From positions 2,930,909 to 2,994,908 of the forward strand of contig OY730440.1 in the NCBI GenBank assembly GCA_963422655.1: a DNA stretch of 64,000 nt, given 5' to 3'. Shown here in pieces: positions 33,699-42,257 of this stretch. A program made the position numbers and the translations under genes. Within the stretch, counting starts at the first letter, position 1, and every line of letters starts with the position of its first letter. This DNA comes from Acidimicrobiales bacterium (lineage in GTDB: Bacteria > Actinomycetota > Acidimicrobiia > Acidimicrobiales > Aldehydirespiratoraceae). Below the pieces are notes generated by a model. The model made no database searches and was not told the origin of the DNA. It saw nothing but the letters and a program-made list of their open reading frames with translations.

Positions 33699-34955
33699 TC
33701 ATACGGGGGCGGTGCCGGCGGCCTGGGTGCCGACGGCGAGGTTCTTGAACGGTACGCCCTTGTCGACGCTCACGTCGCGGGGCAGGCCCAACACCCGGTC
33801 GCCGATGATGTTGCGCTGGATCTCGTCGGTTCCGCCGGCGATGCCGGCCTGCAAGGTCGTGAGGGCGTCGCGTTGCCAGGTTCCGTCCGGGGCGTGCTGC
33901 CAGGCGATGCCGCTGACGCCCACTAATTCCATGGACAGGTCCCGGTACAGGTCGAGGAGAATCGACCCTTGCAGCTTGCCCACTGATCCACCCGGTCCGG
34001 GGGTCTTTCCCGCCTCGAGCTCGGCTCGGGTCCGCATCGAGACCAGCGACTTGCAGGTTTCGAGGATCCGTAGCCGCATCAGCTTCTGGCGCAAGCGAGG
34101 ATCGCTGACCGTGCCCCGCTCGAGGCATTCCTCGATGAGGAGGTCGGATCGTTCGGTGTCGATGCCCTCGGTGGCGCCGGCGCCAATGGCCACCCGTTCG
34201 TACATGAGCATGGCCGTGGCCATGGCCCAGCCCTTGTCGACGGCGCCCAACAGGTTGGCGGCTGGTATGTGGACGCCGGTGAAGAAGATCTCGTTGAAAA
34301 CCTGGCCGCCGTCGATCTGGTGGATGGGCCGGATCTCGATTCCCGGTGCGTCCATGGGCACGATGAACATGGATATGCCGGCGTGTTTGGGCACCTCAGG
34401 GTTGGTGCGAGCGATGATGATGCCGTAGTGGCACAGATGGGCCAGGGTGGTCCACACCTTCTGACCGTTGAGCACCCATTCGTCGCCGTCTCGGACGGCT
34501 CGGGTCTGGAGGCTGGCCACGTCGGAGCCGGCGCCGGGTTCGGAAAACATCTGGCACCAGACTTCTTCGGCGGTGATGTTCTTGGCCAGGTAGGCGGCCT
34601 TTTGCGCATCGGTTCCGTACTCGGCCAGCATGGGTAGGCACATGCCGTGGGAGATGGTCAGCTCGTAGGTCATGTTCGGGTACTTGGCGTACTCCTCCCG
34701 CCAGGCCTGTTCGTGAGCTCTGGTGAGCCCGGCCCCGCCGTACTCCTCGGGGTAGACCAGCCCGGCCAGCCCGGCCTCGGCCAGGGCTTTCTGGAAGCGT
34801 TGGCCGGCCTGCAGCCGTAACTCGCCTCGGGGGTCGGCCCGTCCGCCGACATGGATGCCAGCGGCGTGCTCTTCGAGGAAGGTTCGGCAGCGGGCTCTGA
34901 ACTCGGCGTCTTCGGTGGGGGAGAGGACCTCGGCCTGGCGGCGGGTCTCGGCCAT
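33699..34955 (-). CDS. acyl-CoA dehydrogenase
   Basis: ACAD N-terminal, middle and C-terminal pattern (WCQMFSEPGAGSD, ...GGTDEIQRNIIGDRVLGLP). Start set at the ATG at 34955 (MAETRRQ). Confidence 0.85.
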   Translation of the reverse strand: MAETRRQAEVLSPTEDAEFRARCRTFLEEHAAGIHVGGRADPRGELRLQAGQRFQKALAEAGLAGLVYPEEYGGAGLTRAHEQAWREEYAKYPNMTYELTISHGMCLPMLAEYGTDAQKAAYLAKNITAEEVWCQMFSEPGAGSDVASLQTRAVRDGDEWVLNGQKVWTTLAHLCHYGIIIARTNPEVPKHAGISMFIVPMDAPGIEIRPIHQIDGGQVFNEIFFTGVHIPAANLLGAVDKGWAMATAMLMYERVAIGAGATEGIDTERSDLLIEECLERGTVSDPRLRQKLMRLRILETCKSLVSMRTRAELEAGKTPGPGGSVGKLQGSILLDLYRDLSMELVGVSGIAWQHAPDGTWQRDALTTLQAGIAGGTDEIQRNIIGDRVLGLPRDVSVDKGVPFKNLAVGTQAAGTAPV

Positions 34956-35039
34956 CTGATCTCTCGTCTCTGAGCTCTGGTCTTTCGGTGGGGCACCGCC
35001 AGGGGCGACCTCTCCGGTTGTCACACCTAGGTTAGGACC

Positions 35040-35525
35040 ATGACCGTGCGGGGCGTGTCGTGGGCAGAGTTCTACCAGGCCGATCCGGTTCTGGCCGAAC
35101 CGGTCCGGGCCAGGTTCGAGAGTCACCGCCACGCCGTGATGGCCACCGTCCGAGCTGACGGGTCGCCCCGGCTATCGGGTATGGAGGCGCCCATACGGTC
35201 CGGGCATCTGTGGCTGGCCATGATGAGAGGGTCGCGCAAGTCGACCGATCTGGATCGTGACCACCGGTTCTCGCTCCACAGCGCTCCGGATGTCGAAGAT
35301 CTACCCAGCGGTGACGCTCGCATCGACGGGATCGCCGTAGCCGCGGACTCCGCCCAGCAGGCCTCATTCGTGGCCGGTCACCGGTTTCCTGTCGAAGATC
35401 CGTCCACGATGGTGTTGTGGGTGGCCCTGATCCAGCGGGTCGTTCTAGTGCGTGTATCCGGCGACGAGCTCGTGATCGAGTCGTGGACCCCATCGAGGGA
35501 TCGGATCATACAGCGATTGAAGTGA
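35040..35525 (+). CDS. pyridoxamine 5'-phosphate oxidase-family (split-barrel flavin/F420-binding) protein
   Basis: 161 aa. ...HAVMATVRADGSPRLSG...LWLAMM.GS.K..DL..D.R is typical of actinobacterial PPOX-class proteins. Confidence 0.6.
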   Translation: MTVRGVSWAEFYQADPVLAEPVRARFESHRHAVMATVRADGSPRLSGMEAPIRSGHLWLAMMRGSRKSTDLDRDHRFSLHSAPDVEDLPSGDARIDGIAVAADSAQQASFVAGHRFPVEDPSTMVLWVALIQRVVLVRVSGDELVIESWTPSRDRIIQRLK

Positions 35526-35586
35526 AGTATGCTCTCACTCGTCGTTTTTAACGCACGAGTGGGTTTAGTAAACGCACGCCGTGCTT

Positions 35587-37281
35587 TCACGACCTTTTCT
35601 CGTAGTGAACGTTTCTTCCCCGAGTACCAACCTGCCGGAGAACGCCCCCCAACTCCATCTTCTTCAACAGTCGGTAGGCTTGGGGGAGGGAGATGGCACA
35701 GAGGTCCGCTACGTCCTTGCGTGATATCGAACCATGATCTTCGAGGTACTGGCGCACTATCCTGTCATGGGAGACGGGTTCGGCCCGACCCCGGCCAGCA
35801 TCGGCACGGTCGCCGAGGAGCAGACCTGCGGCTTCCGAGAGTTCGAATACCTGCTGCCCGGCCTTGCCCCGTACTTTGACGACGTCGCTCTCACGTAACT
35901 GCCGTAGCAGGCCTTCTGCGTTGCTGGCCCCCTTTTGAATTGTTCTGGCTGCGTCCGATACCGTCAGCCGACGATCGTGCTCCAATGCACTGAGAAGCAA
36001 CAATTCATCCTGCGAAAACGGGCGACCCTCCCGACCCCGCTCCACCACCAAGCGTACGAAGCCGAGGTTGGCCTCGCCGCCAGGCAGTTCCAGCACGACG
36101 CCGGTTTCCGTGCTTTTTTCGTAGGAGGGAGCGGGACGACCCGTGCGAATCTGTTCCACAACGATGGTATCGATGCCCCGAGCGGTGCGCTCCACGATGC
36201 CGGCCCGTTTGAAAGCGTCGGCCAAGAGCGGGTTCCGGGGACGGGGATGGGTTACCAACAAGTTGTCGAGACGCACACCGTCCGGAAATCCACCCGGGTT
36301 CGAGACTTCGAGCCGGTCGTCGTGCCACTGCACGTGTACGGCACCCAGTCGCGTGTAATCGCGGTGGGTGAGCGCGTTGGCCACGACTTCTCGGAAAGCT
36401 CGCTCGGGGTAATCGGGCACCCCGACGCGGCTCATTCCGACCAGAATCTCTTTCTCCCGGTTGTGGGCCCGGTAGCGCGCCTCCAGCTCTTCCATCACGC
36501 GAAGCAACGGCCAGCGGAAGAAGTCGTTGACTTCTACGCCGGTGTCGGAGACCACCTGAAACGCGGCCTCGTGTGCCGGTAGGTTGGAAGCCAGCGCGTC
36601 CTCTCGTCCGAAGAGGAGCAATCCCAAAACTCTGATGGCCACTTCGCCGTTGACGTGTTCGGCGGCGCCCAAGGCCTTGGCCAGCTCCAGATCGCTGAGA
36701 TCGAGCAATGCGTGGTCCCCGCGATGCCGGTTCTCCCGGATCGTGCGGCGGTAGCGGTCGAACTCCAACGGGTCGAGCGCATCGAACCCGACCGCGTCCA
36801 GCCGGAGAGCAGAATAGTCGAGCAGACCGAGATCAGCTTGCCGCGACTGCATCTCGTGGAAATGAAACGGAACACAGGAAGGCTTGCCGTCTCCGCCGAT
36901 GACACGGCGCAGGTAGTGCCCGTCGGAGGTGCCGACGGGTTGTAGAGAGGCAGGGACCTCAACGCTGAGAACCTCGTGCCCGTTGAGCAAGACCATTTCG
37001 GCGCGGGCGGACAGGGATGGGCGAGTGCGGTTTCCTATGAGCGCTTGGACACGGACGGGATCGGTCCTACCGTTCTCGTGGCGGGGGCGGACGCCGCTGA
37101 CACGGCCATCGTCCTCCACTCCGATGAGCAGCCACCCAAAGCCGTGGTTGCTCCGGTTGGCGAGGCACACGACGGTTTCGACGAGTTCGCGGTCGCTGAA
37201 CGGGGCTACTTCTTCACCTTTGAACTCCACGGCGAGTGTTTCTCCACCCTCGACGAGCATTCTGAGAAATTCCGGTGTCAA
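35587..37281 (-). CDS. Schlafen/AlbA_2 + HATPase_c_4-like protein with C-terminal winged-HTH ('RecG-like' putative transcriptional regulator), 564 aa
   Basis: GGETLAVEFKGEE...VVCLANRSNHGFGWLLIGVEDDG. REVVANALTHRDYTRLGAVHVQWHDDRLEVSNPG. C-terminal ISRKDVADLCAISLPQAYRLLKKMELGGVLRQVG. It lies immediately 3' of ssrA. Confidence 0.85.
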   Translation of the reverse strand: MTPEFLRMLVEGGETLAVEFKGEEVAPFSDRELVETVVCLANRSNHGFGWLLIGVEDDGRVSGVRPRHENGRTDPVRVQALIGNRTRPSLSARAEMVLLNGHEVLSVEVPASLQPVGTSDGHYLRRVIGGDGKPSCVPFHFHEMQSRQADLGLLDYSALRLDAVGFDALDPLEFDRYRRTIRENRHRGDHALLDLSDLELAKALGAAEHVNGEVAIRVLGLLLFGREDALASNLPAHEAAFQVVSDTGVEVNDFFRWPLLRVMEELEARYRAHNREKEILVGMSRVGVPDYPERAFREVVANALTHRDYTRLGAVHVQWHDDRLEVSNPGGFPDGVRLDNLLVTHPRPRNPLLADAFKRAGIVERTARGIDTIVVEQIRTGRPAPSYEKSTETGVVLELPGGEANLGFVRLVVERGREGRPFSQDELLLLSALEHDRRLTVSDAARTIQKGASNAEGLLRQLRESDVVKVRGKAGQQVFELSEAAGLLLGDRADAGRGRAEPVSHDRIVRQYLEDHGSISRKDVADLCAISLPQAYRLLKKMELGGVLRQVGTRGRNVHYEKRS

Positions 37282-37439
37282 GAGTTTCGTTCTCCCTGAG
37301 GCGGCATGCTATTCCCGACTGCGGTCGGTTTCAGGGTGTCAACACGAAGATCTGTCTGGCGGTGACGCCGGCGTCCACTCGATGCGAGCATCGCTGGTAG
37401 AGACGAGTTGTGTGCGCACAGATGAGTTGTGTTGGACAA

Positions 37440-37827
37440 TGGTGGAGCTGGAGGGAATCGAACCCTCGTCCGTCAGGCGGATGTCGAGCGTGCTACGACC
37501 ATTCCCGAGATTCTGGCTTGCGGATGCCAGCCCGCCGGGTCGGGTGGACCAAAGGCCCAGCCTCGGATCTTTCTCCGTGTCAGCGGTCTTTGCCGGCTGT
37601 CAGCGGTCTGTCCCGGCTGTCACCGCTGCTTCTGGTGCCAGGCTGCAGCGGTCAGGCCCCGCGTGCCATTGCTGGTCGCGATGATTCTCAGCTCACCTGA
37701 TCGGATCAGGCGGCGAGAACGAGATCGTCCGAATCGGCGTCTCTTTGGGTGCCCCGTTTAAGGAGTCTGAGCAACTCCGGTCGCACGCACTGGCTTCCAG
37801 GTCCCGGCGTCGAAACCGATCAGCCCC
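37440..37827 (-). ncRNA. ssrA: tmRNA (SsrA), predicted tag ADSDDLVLAA
   Basis: 5' GGGGCUGAUCGGUUUCGACG... and 3' ...GGGUUCGAUUCCCUCCAGCUCCACCA (tRNA-Ala-like acceptor/T-arm). The internal reading frame GCC GAU UCG GAC GAU CUC GUU CUC GCC GCC UGA was read from the reverse complement. Confidence 0.95.
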
Positions 37828-38543
37828 GTGTACTTGTGGTGCCCGTGGTGGGCGTGTCTGTTGTCAAGAAACTGGATTGTCGAGGAAGTTACTTGTTGGA
37901 GGCCGCAGTATATATACCGACACTGACAGTCTGTCGCTGACAGTCTGTCGCTCACCCGGGTGCTGTCGCGGGCCCGGGTGATCCAGATCCGGGTCAGCAT
38001 CAGCATCGAAGCCACCAGCCCGCTCAGGCCATAGAGCACTATCGGCATCTGATCGACGAGCACGCCGTAGGCCGTCCACCCGGCCGTCTCGGCCAGCATG
38101 AGCATCCAGGTGACCGGCGACAGCCCGACCGGAGCGTAGGTACGCCACGCCGTGGCGACCGAAGGGAAGAACTGCACGATGTTGGCCAAAGCCAGCGAGG
38201 TTCCCAGCACTGCCCAGCCCGACAGCCCCCCGACCGCCACCAATACCACGATCACTGCCCCGCCTACGCCGAGGCCACGACCGACATCGGCCCCTTTGCG
38301 GTGAAGCAAGCCGAACGTCAGACCGAAACCGGCCCCGGTGCCGACGATGGAGATGATCGGCACCCACAGACGTTCGGCGATGACGAAGACCAGCCAGCCG
38401 CCGTTGACGACGGTGCCCAGGGCGGCCCACACTGGCGAGACTCCCTCGGTCCGGCCCGTTCTCAGCAGCCGAGCGATCTGAGGTAGCAGCAGGATGCACG
38501 AGATGACCGTGGCCAGCGAGCCGATGATCAGATCAGCCGTCAA
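37758..38543 (-). CDS. PQ-loop / SemiSWEET-like 6-7 TM membrane protein; 3' end uncertain (frame runs into ssrA)
   Basis: LLPQIARLLRTG... and ...FFPSVATAWRT PQ-loop-like motifs in two repeats. A TTG start at 38543 overlaps the smpB stop as TTGA. No stop codon occurs until 37758, which is inside the tmRNA gene. Confidence 0.5.
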   Translation of the reverse strand: MTADLIIGSLATVISCILLLPQIARLLRTGRTEGVSPVWAALGTVVNGGWLVFVIAERLWVPIISIVGTGAGFGLTFGLLHRKGADVGRGLGVGGAVIVVLVAVGGLSGWAVLGTSLALANIVQFFPSVATAWRTYAPVGLSPVTWMLMLAETAGWTAYGVLVDQMPIVLYGLSGLVASMLMLTRIWITRARDSTRVSDRLSATDCQCRYIYCGLQQVTSSTIQFLDNRHAHHGHHKYTGLIGFDAGTWKPVRATGVAQTP

Positions 38544-39043
38544 CGCCGGGACTGGTGCCGACCCGAGACCATGGCCCGCTGAGCCTCCAAGTCGGCGTCG
38601 CGGCGGGCGATGGCCTGGCGGTGGTCGGCCCGGGTGCGGCCCCGGGCCAGAGCCAGTGCCAGCTTGGCCCGCCCGGCCGAGAAATACAGTGCCAGCGGCA
38701 CCAGCGCCAACCGTTCCCGGTCGAGTTTCGACTTCAGGCTGATGATCTCGTTGCGATGGGCCAGGAGTTTGCGGGTGCGGTCCGGGTCGGGGGCGAAGGC
38801 AGCGGGGGCACACGAGTATGGCGAAATGTAAAGGCCGTGCAGCCACAGCTCGCTGCTGTCGATCTGGGCCCACGACTCGGCCAGTTGCACCTTGCTCTCT
38901 CGCAGCGATTTCACCTCGCTGCCCACCAGCACGAGGCCGACTTCCAGCGTGTCCAGGATTTCGTAATCCCTCCGGGCCCGGCGATTGGTGGCCACCACCG
39001 AGGCTCCCTCCGGTATGTCGTGTCGTATCCGGGACCGGGCCAT
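38540..39043 (-). CDS. smpB: SsrA-binding protein
   Basis: ATNRRARRDYEILDTLEVGLVLVGSEVKSLR...LHGLYISPY...RKLLAHRNEI is canonical SmpB. Confidence 0.95.
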   Translation of the reverse strand: MARSRIRHDIPEGASVVATNRRARRDYEILDTLEVGLVLVGSEVKSLRESKVQLAESWAQIDSSELWLHGLYISPYSCAPAAFAPDPDRTRKLLAHRNEIISLKSKLDRERLALVPLALYFSAGRAKLALALARGRTRADHRQAIARRDADLEAQRAMVSGRHQSRR

Positions 39044-39192
39044 ACTGCCCAGGGTATCGCTCGATCAGGGCGCGGCCCGGCCTTGCCGTGGCTGTGCTGC
39101 CCCGGTGTTGCCGGCTTGGTGACGGAACGGTTTCCGTCGTTCGGATCGGATCGGATCGAGGGCGGCGCCGGTGCCGCTAGGGTGCGGCGGCG

Positions 39193-39609
39193 ATGCTGGA
39201 ACTGGTCGCCTCGGTGCACGCAGAGATGGTGGTTCACGCCTTGGCCGGTCTACCCCAAGAAGCCTGCGGGCTCTTCGCCGGGGCTGGCCGCTCCGACCGG
39301 GCGGAACGGTTCTTTCCCATGGTCAACGCGGCGGCATCGGACCGGCTCTACCGGCTCGACGCACCCGAGATGATGGAAGTCGAGCGGGCCGCCGACGAGG
39401 CCGGTCTTACGATCATGGGCGTCATGCACTCCCATACCCGTACGGCCAACTATCCCTCACCCACCGACGTGGCCGACGCAGCTCGGTTCGACCCGTTCGG
39501 GGCTTGGCGGTTCGTGATCGTGTCGCTGCGCCACCCCGACCCGTCGTTGCGCTCGTACCGGATCCTCGACGGTGCCGTCACCGAGGAGCCGGTGGCCATC
39601 AGATCCTGA
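39193..39609 (+). CDS. JAMM/MPN+ metalloprotease (Mec+/Mov34 family)
   Basis: EACG...(Glu) and the HSHTRTANYPSPTD JAMM motif (HxHx7Sx2D). 138 aa. Confidence 0.85.
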   Translation: MLELVASVHAEMVVHALAGLPQEACGLFAGAGRSDRAERFFPMVNAAASDRLYRLDAPEMMEVERAADEAGLTIMGVMHSHTRTANYPSPTDVADAARFDPFGAWRFVIVSLRHPDPSLRSYRILDGAVTEEPVAIRS

Positions 39610-39712
39610 CCCGCTCAGTCATCAGATTCATCAGATCCTGACCCGCTCAGTCATCAGATTCATCAGATCCTGACCCGCTCAGTCATCAGATTCATCAGAT
39701 CCTGACCCGCTC
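39597..39712. repeat. 32-bp perfect tandem repeat, 3.6 copies (catcagatcctgacccgctcagtcatcagatt)
   Basis: Copies start at 39597, 39629, 39661 and 39693 (the last is partial). The first copy contains the JAMM gene stop codon (39607-39609). The array fills the gap between two convergent genes. Confidence 0.95.
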
Positions 39713-39730
39713 GCTGGATCTTCTGGTACT

Positions 39731-40624
39731 TCATCTTCTGATACCCGACCTGATACCCGACCCTCTGCCCGAATCGAGGAGCGCAGGCGCGACGTCGACG
39801 GCAACGACGTCGGGGGCTTGGAGAGGCCCGAAGTGGCCGAGGCCTTGGTATCGGAGGAGCCGGCCCAGGGGCAGGTTCTCGGCTATGGCTGCCGCGAACA
39901 GGCCCGGGGCCGGCTCGCCGGGCACCGTTCCCGCCGCCACCGTGGTCGCTACTTCGACCTCGGCGAGCCGGTCGAAGATCATATGACGGCCCGCAAATGT
40001 CCGAGCTTCGGTTTCTGCTCGGCAGGCCAGCCGGACTCTGCCGTCGGGCCGGTCGACGAAACCCGTCTCCACGTAGGCGTCCAGCACGTCGCTTCGGAGC
40101 ACGTCGAGCGGGGGACGACTCGCGTACCGAGCCCGGGCCTTCGCTCGGTCGTCGAAGACTTCCCGCCGCTTGCGAGCAGTTCTGATCATCAAGTTCTCCG
40201 CCTCGGCGGTCAAGGCATCGGGTGGGGGTGCTATGGGCTCATAGAAGAAGAACCCGGCGAAAGTACCGGCTCGAGCCAGCTCGGCCAGCATCAGCGCAGC
40301 TCCGCCCATCGAATGGCCGAATCCGTACAAGGTGTCGGCACCGATGGCGTCCACACAGGCTTCGACATCGCAACCCATGGCCCGCCAGTCGTAATCGCCG
40401 TTCGCCGGTTCGCCGGAGAGGCCGTGGCCCCTGAAGTCGAGGGTCCAGACCCGGAACGAGCCAGTGAGGTAAGAGGCCATGGGGCCATAGGCCCAACCGT
40501 GGAAGCCGGTGGCGTGGCAGATAAGCAGATCGGGCCCGACCCCGCCCAAGTGGCGCAGGCACAACCGTACGCCGTCGCGGCCAGCGACAGTGAGGGTGGG
40601 ACCGGGGTCGCGATCCGGGTACAC
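39731..40624 (-). CDS. alpha/beta-fold hydrolase
   Basis: HATGFHG...(oxyanion region) and the GHSMGG nucleophile elbow. ~297 aa. Confidence 0.8.
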   Translation of the reverse strand: MYPDRDPGPTLTVAGRDGVRLCLRHLGGVGPDLLICHATGFHGWAYGPMASYLTGSFRVWTLDFRGHGLSGEPANGDYDWRAMGCDVEACVDAIGADTLYGFGHSMGGAALMLAELARAGTFAGFFFYEPIAPPPDALTAEAENLMIRTARKRREVFDDRAKARARYASRPPLDVLRSDVLDAYVETGFVDRPDGRVRLACRAETEARTFAGRHMIFDRLAEVEVATTVAAGTVPGEPAPGLFAAAIAENLPLGRLLRYQGLGHFGPLQAPDVVAVDVAPALLDSGRGSGIRSGIRR

Positions 40625-40746
40625 GGTGGCGAGGGACCGTACCAGTCCGGGTCGTCGATTCAGGGCCCGGGGAACCGAACGTCGGGCTCGGATCCTGTCG
40701 GTGAACCATGCCTACGGATCGGATCGGCCTTCGGTAGCGTCGCTCT

Positions 40747-42228
40747 GTGGTGATGGCGCTCGACCGGGGTCCCGGCCCGTTCTCGCCGGCCTACCGCGCC
40801 GTGGCGATGTCTCTGCTGGCCGGCGTGGCTCTGGTTTCCTACAACAACCTGGCCGCCACTGCGGCTCTGCCCGATATCGGTGACGACCTCGGTGCGGTTG
40901 CACTGCTGCCCTGGGTCATCACCGTCGAACTCTTGGCCGCCGCCATCGCGGTGCTGGCGGTGGGTCCCTTCATCGACGGGGCCGGTCCCCGTCGGGCCTT
41001 TCGGGTCACGATCGTCGGGTTCGCCATGGCCTCGTTTCTCTGCGCTGTCGCCCCCTCCATGGAGCTACTGGTTCTGGCCCGGATCTTTCAGGGGTTGGGA
41101 ACCGGCGCTCTGATCGGAACGGCCATAACCAGCGTGGGACTGGTTTTCAAGGACCGTATGCGACCTCGTATGTACGCCATGGTGTCGTCTATCTGGGGGG
41201 TGATGAGCATCGGTGGGCCGACCATCGCGGCCGGGTTGGTGAGTACCCTGGGCTGGCGGGCCGTGTTCGCGGTCAATCTGCCAGTGGCCGTCATCGCCGG
41301 CGCCATCGGCTGGAACCGCCTGCCGGAACAGGGGGCGACAACCCCGAGCCGGCTCGACCGTCGCGGTCTCTTGTTGGTCAGCGCTGTCACCGTGGTTCTG
41401 CTGGGAGCCGCCTCTCGGGTCCAGTGGTGGAGTCTGGTGTTGCTGCTCGTCGGAGCCGGGCTGGTCGCGGGCTATGCCCGCCACGCCCGCTCCCATCCGG
41501 CGCCCATCGTGAGGATTCTTCACGTGACCGGGGTGCGGTGGCGGTCTCTGCACCTGACGGCCGGATTGGTCGTGGCCGGGGGCACAGGGGCGGCTGTTTT
41601 CTTGCCGCTGTACATGCGCGGCGCCCGAGAGGCGTCGACAGCGGCGGCGGCATTCTCGGTTGTCTGGCTCTCTTTGGGGTGGGTGTCCTCGGCGTGGGCG
41701 GCCAGCAGACTTCACGACCGACTGCGTTCGCAGACGATCATCTTGTCGGGCACCGTCGTGCTGGCTGCGGCTACCACCAGCCTGGTGCTGGTAGCCGCGA
41801 TTCGGGCCCCCGTACCGGTGTTGTTGGGTGGGTTCTACCTGGTGGGGTGCGGGATCGGATCGGCCACCATGTCGAGTCTCACCCTTCTTCAACACCGAGC
41901 CGATGATCACGAGATGGGCCGGGTCAGCTCCGCGCACCAGTTCATCCGCTCCCTCGGCTTCGCTTACGGAGCGGCGGTGGCAGGTTTGGCCCTGTTTACG
42001 GGGGTGTCTCGACGCATCGACGACGTGGAGGCGGTGCGGGATCTGCTGGGCGGCGAGGAGGGGGTCCTCGGCGTGACCACAGCCGATGCCTTGGCGTCGG
42101 CCTACGTGTGGGCGCTGGCCGCCTCGGCTGCTTTCGCGGTGCTGGCGCTGCCGGCTGCGGTGGTGCTGGCCCGCACCTCCGACAGGTCTGCTCATGGGTA
42201 TAATGCCGATCCGAGTACTCGGGATTAG
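40747..42228 (+). CDS. MFS transporter (14-TM DHA2-like)
   Basis: Polytopic. ARIFQGLGTGAL and PTIAAGLV...GWRAVF motifs are typical of drug:H+ antiporter MFS proteins. Confidence 0.8.
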   Translation: MVMALDRGPGPFSPAYRAVAMSLLAGVALVSYNNLAATAALPDIGDDLGAVALLPWVITVELLAAAIAVLAVGPFIDGAGPRRAFRVTIVGFAMASFLCAVAPSMELLVLARIFQGLGTGALIGTAITSVGLVFKDRMRPRMYAMVSSIWGVMSIGGPTIAAGLVSTLGWRAVFAVNLPVAVIAGAIGWNRLPEQGATTPSRLDRRGLLLVSAVTVVLLGAASRVQWWSLVLLLVGAGLVAGYARHARSHPAPIVRILHVTGVRWRSLHLTAGLVVAGGTGAAVFLPLYMRGAREASTAAAAFSVVWLSLGWVSSAWAASRLHDRLRSQTIILSGTVVLAAATTSLVLVAAIRAPVPVLLGGFYLVGCGIGSATMSSLTLLQHRADDHEMGRVSSAHQFIRSLGFAYGAAVAGLALFTGVSRRIDDVEAVRDLLGGEEGVLGVTTADALASAYVWALAASAAFAVLALPAAVVLARTSDRSAHGYNADPSTRD

Positions 42229-42257
42229 GACCCCAGCCCGACGAACGGATCTGATAT

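Noticed and set aside
33691-34428. Remainder of the 309-aa plus-strand ORF 33499..34428
   Set aside because: Beyond the AsnC-like first ~60 codons, the frame is antisense to the acyl-CoA dehydrogenase and translates to Ser/Pro/Arg-rich low-complexity sequence.
38544-38873. N-terminal 110 codons of the 371-aa ORF 37758..38873
   Set aside because: It overlaps smpB in another frame and is Pro/Gly/Arg-rich. The membrane-protein similarity starts only after the TTG at 38543.
39597-39712. Possible CRISPR array (32-bp repeats)
   Set aside because: The repeats are directly adjacent with no spacers. No cas genes are nearby. This is a simple minisatellite.
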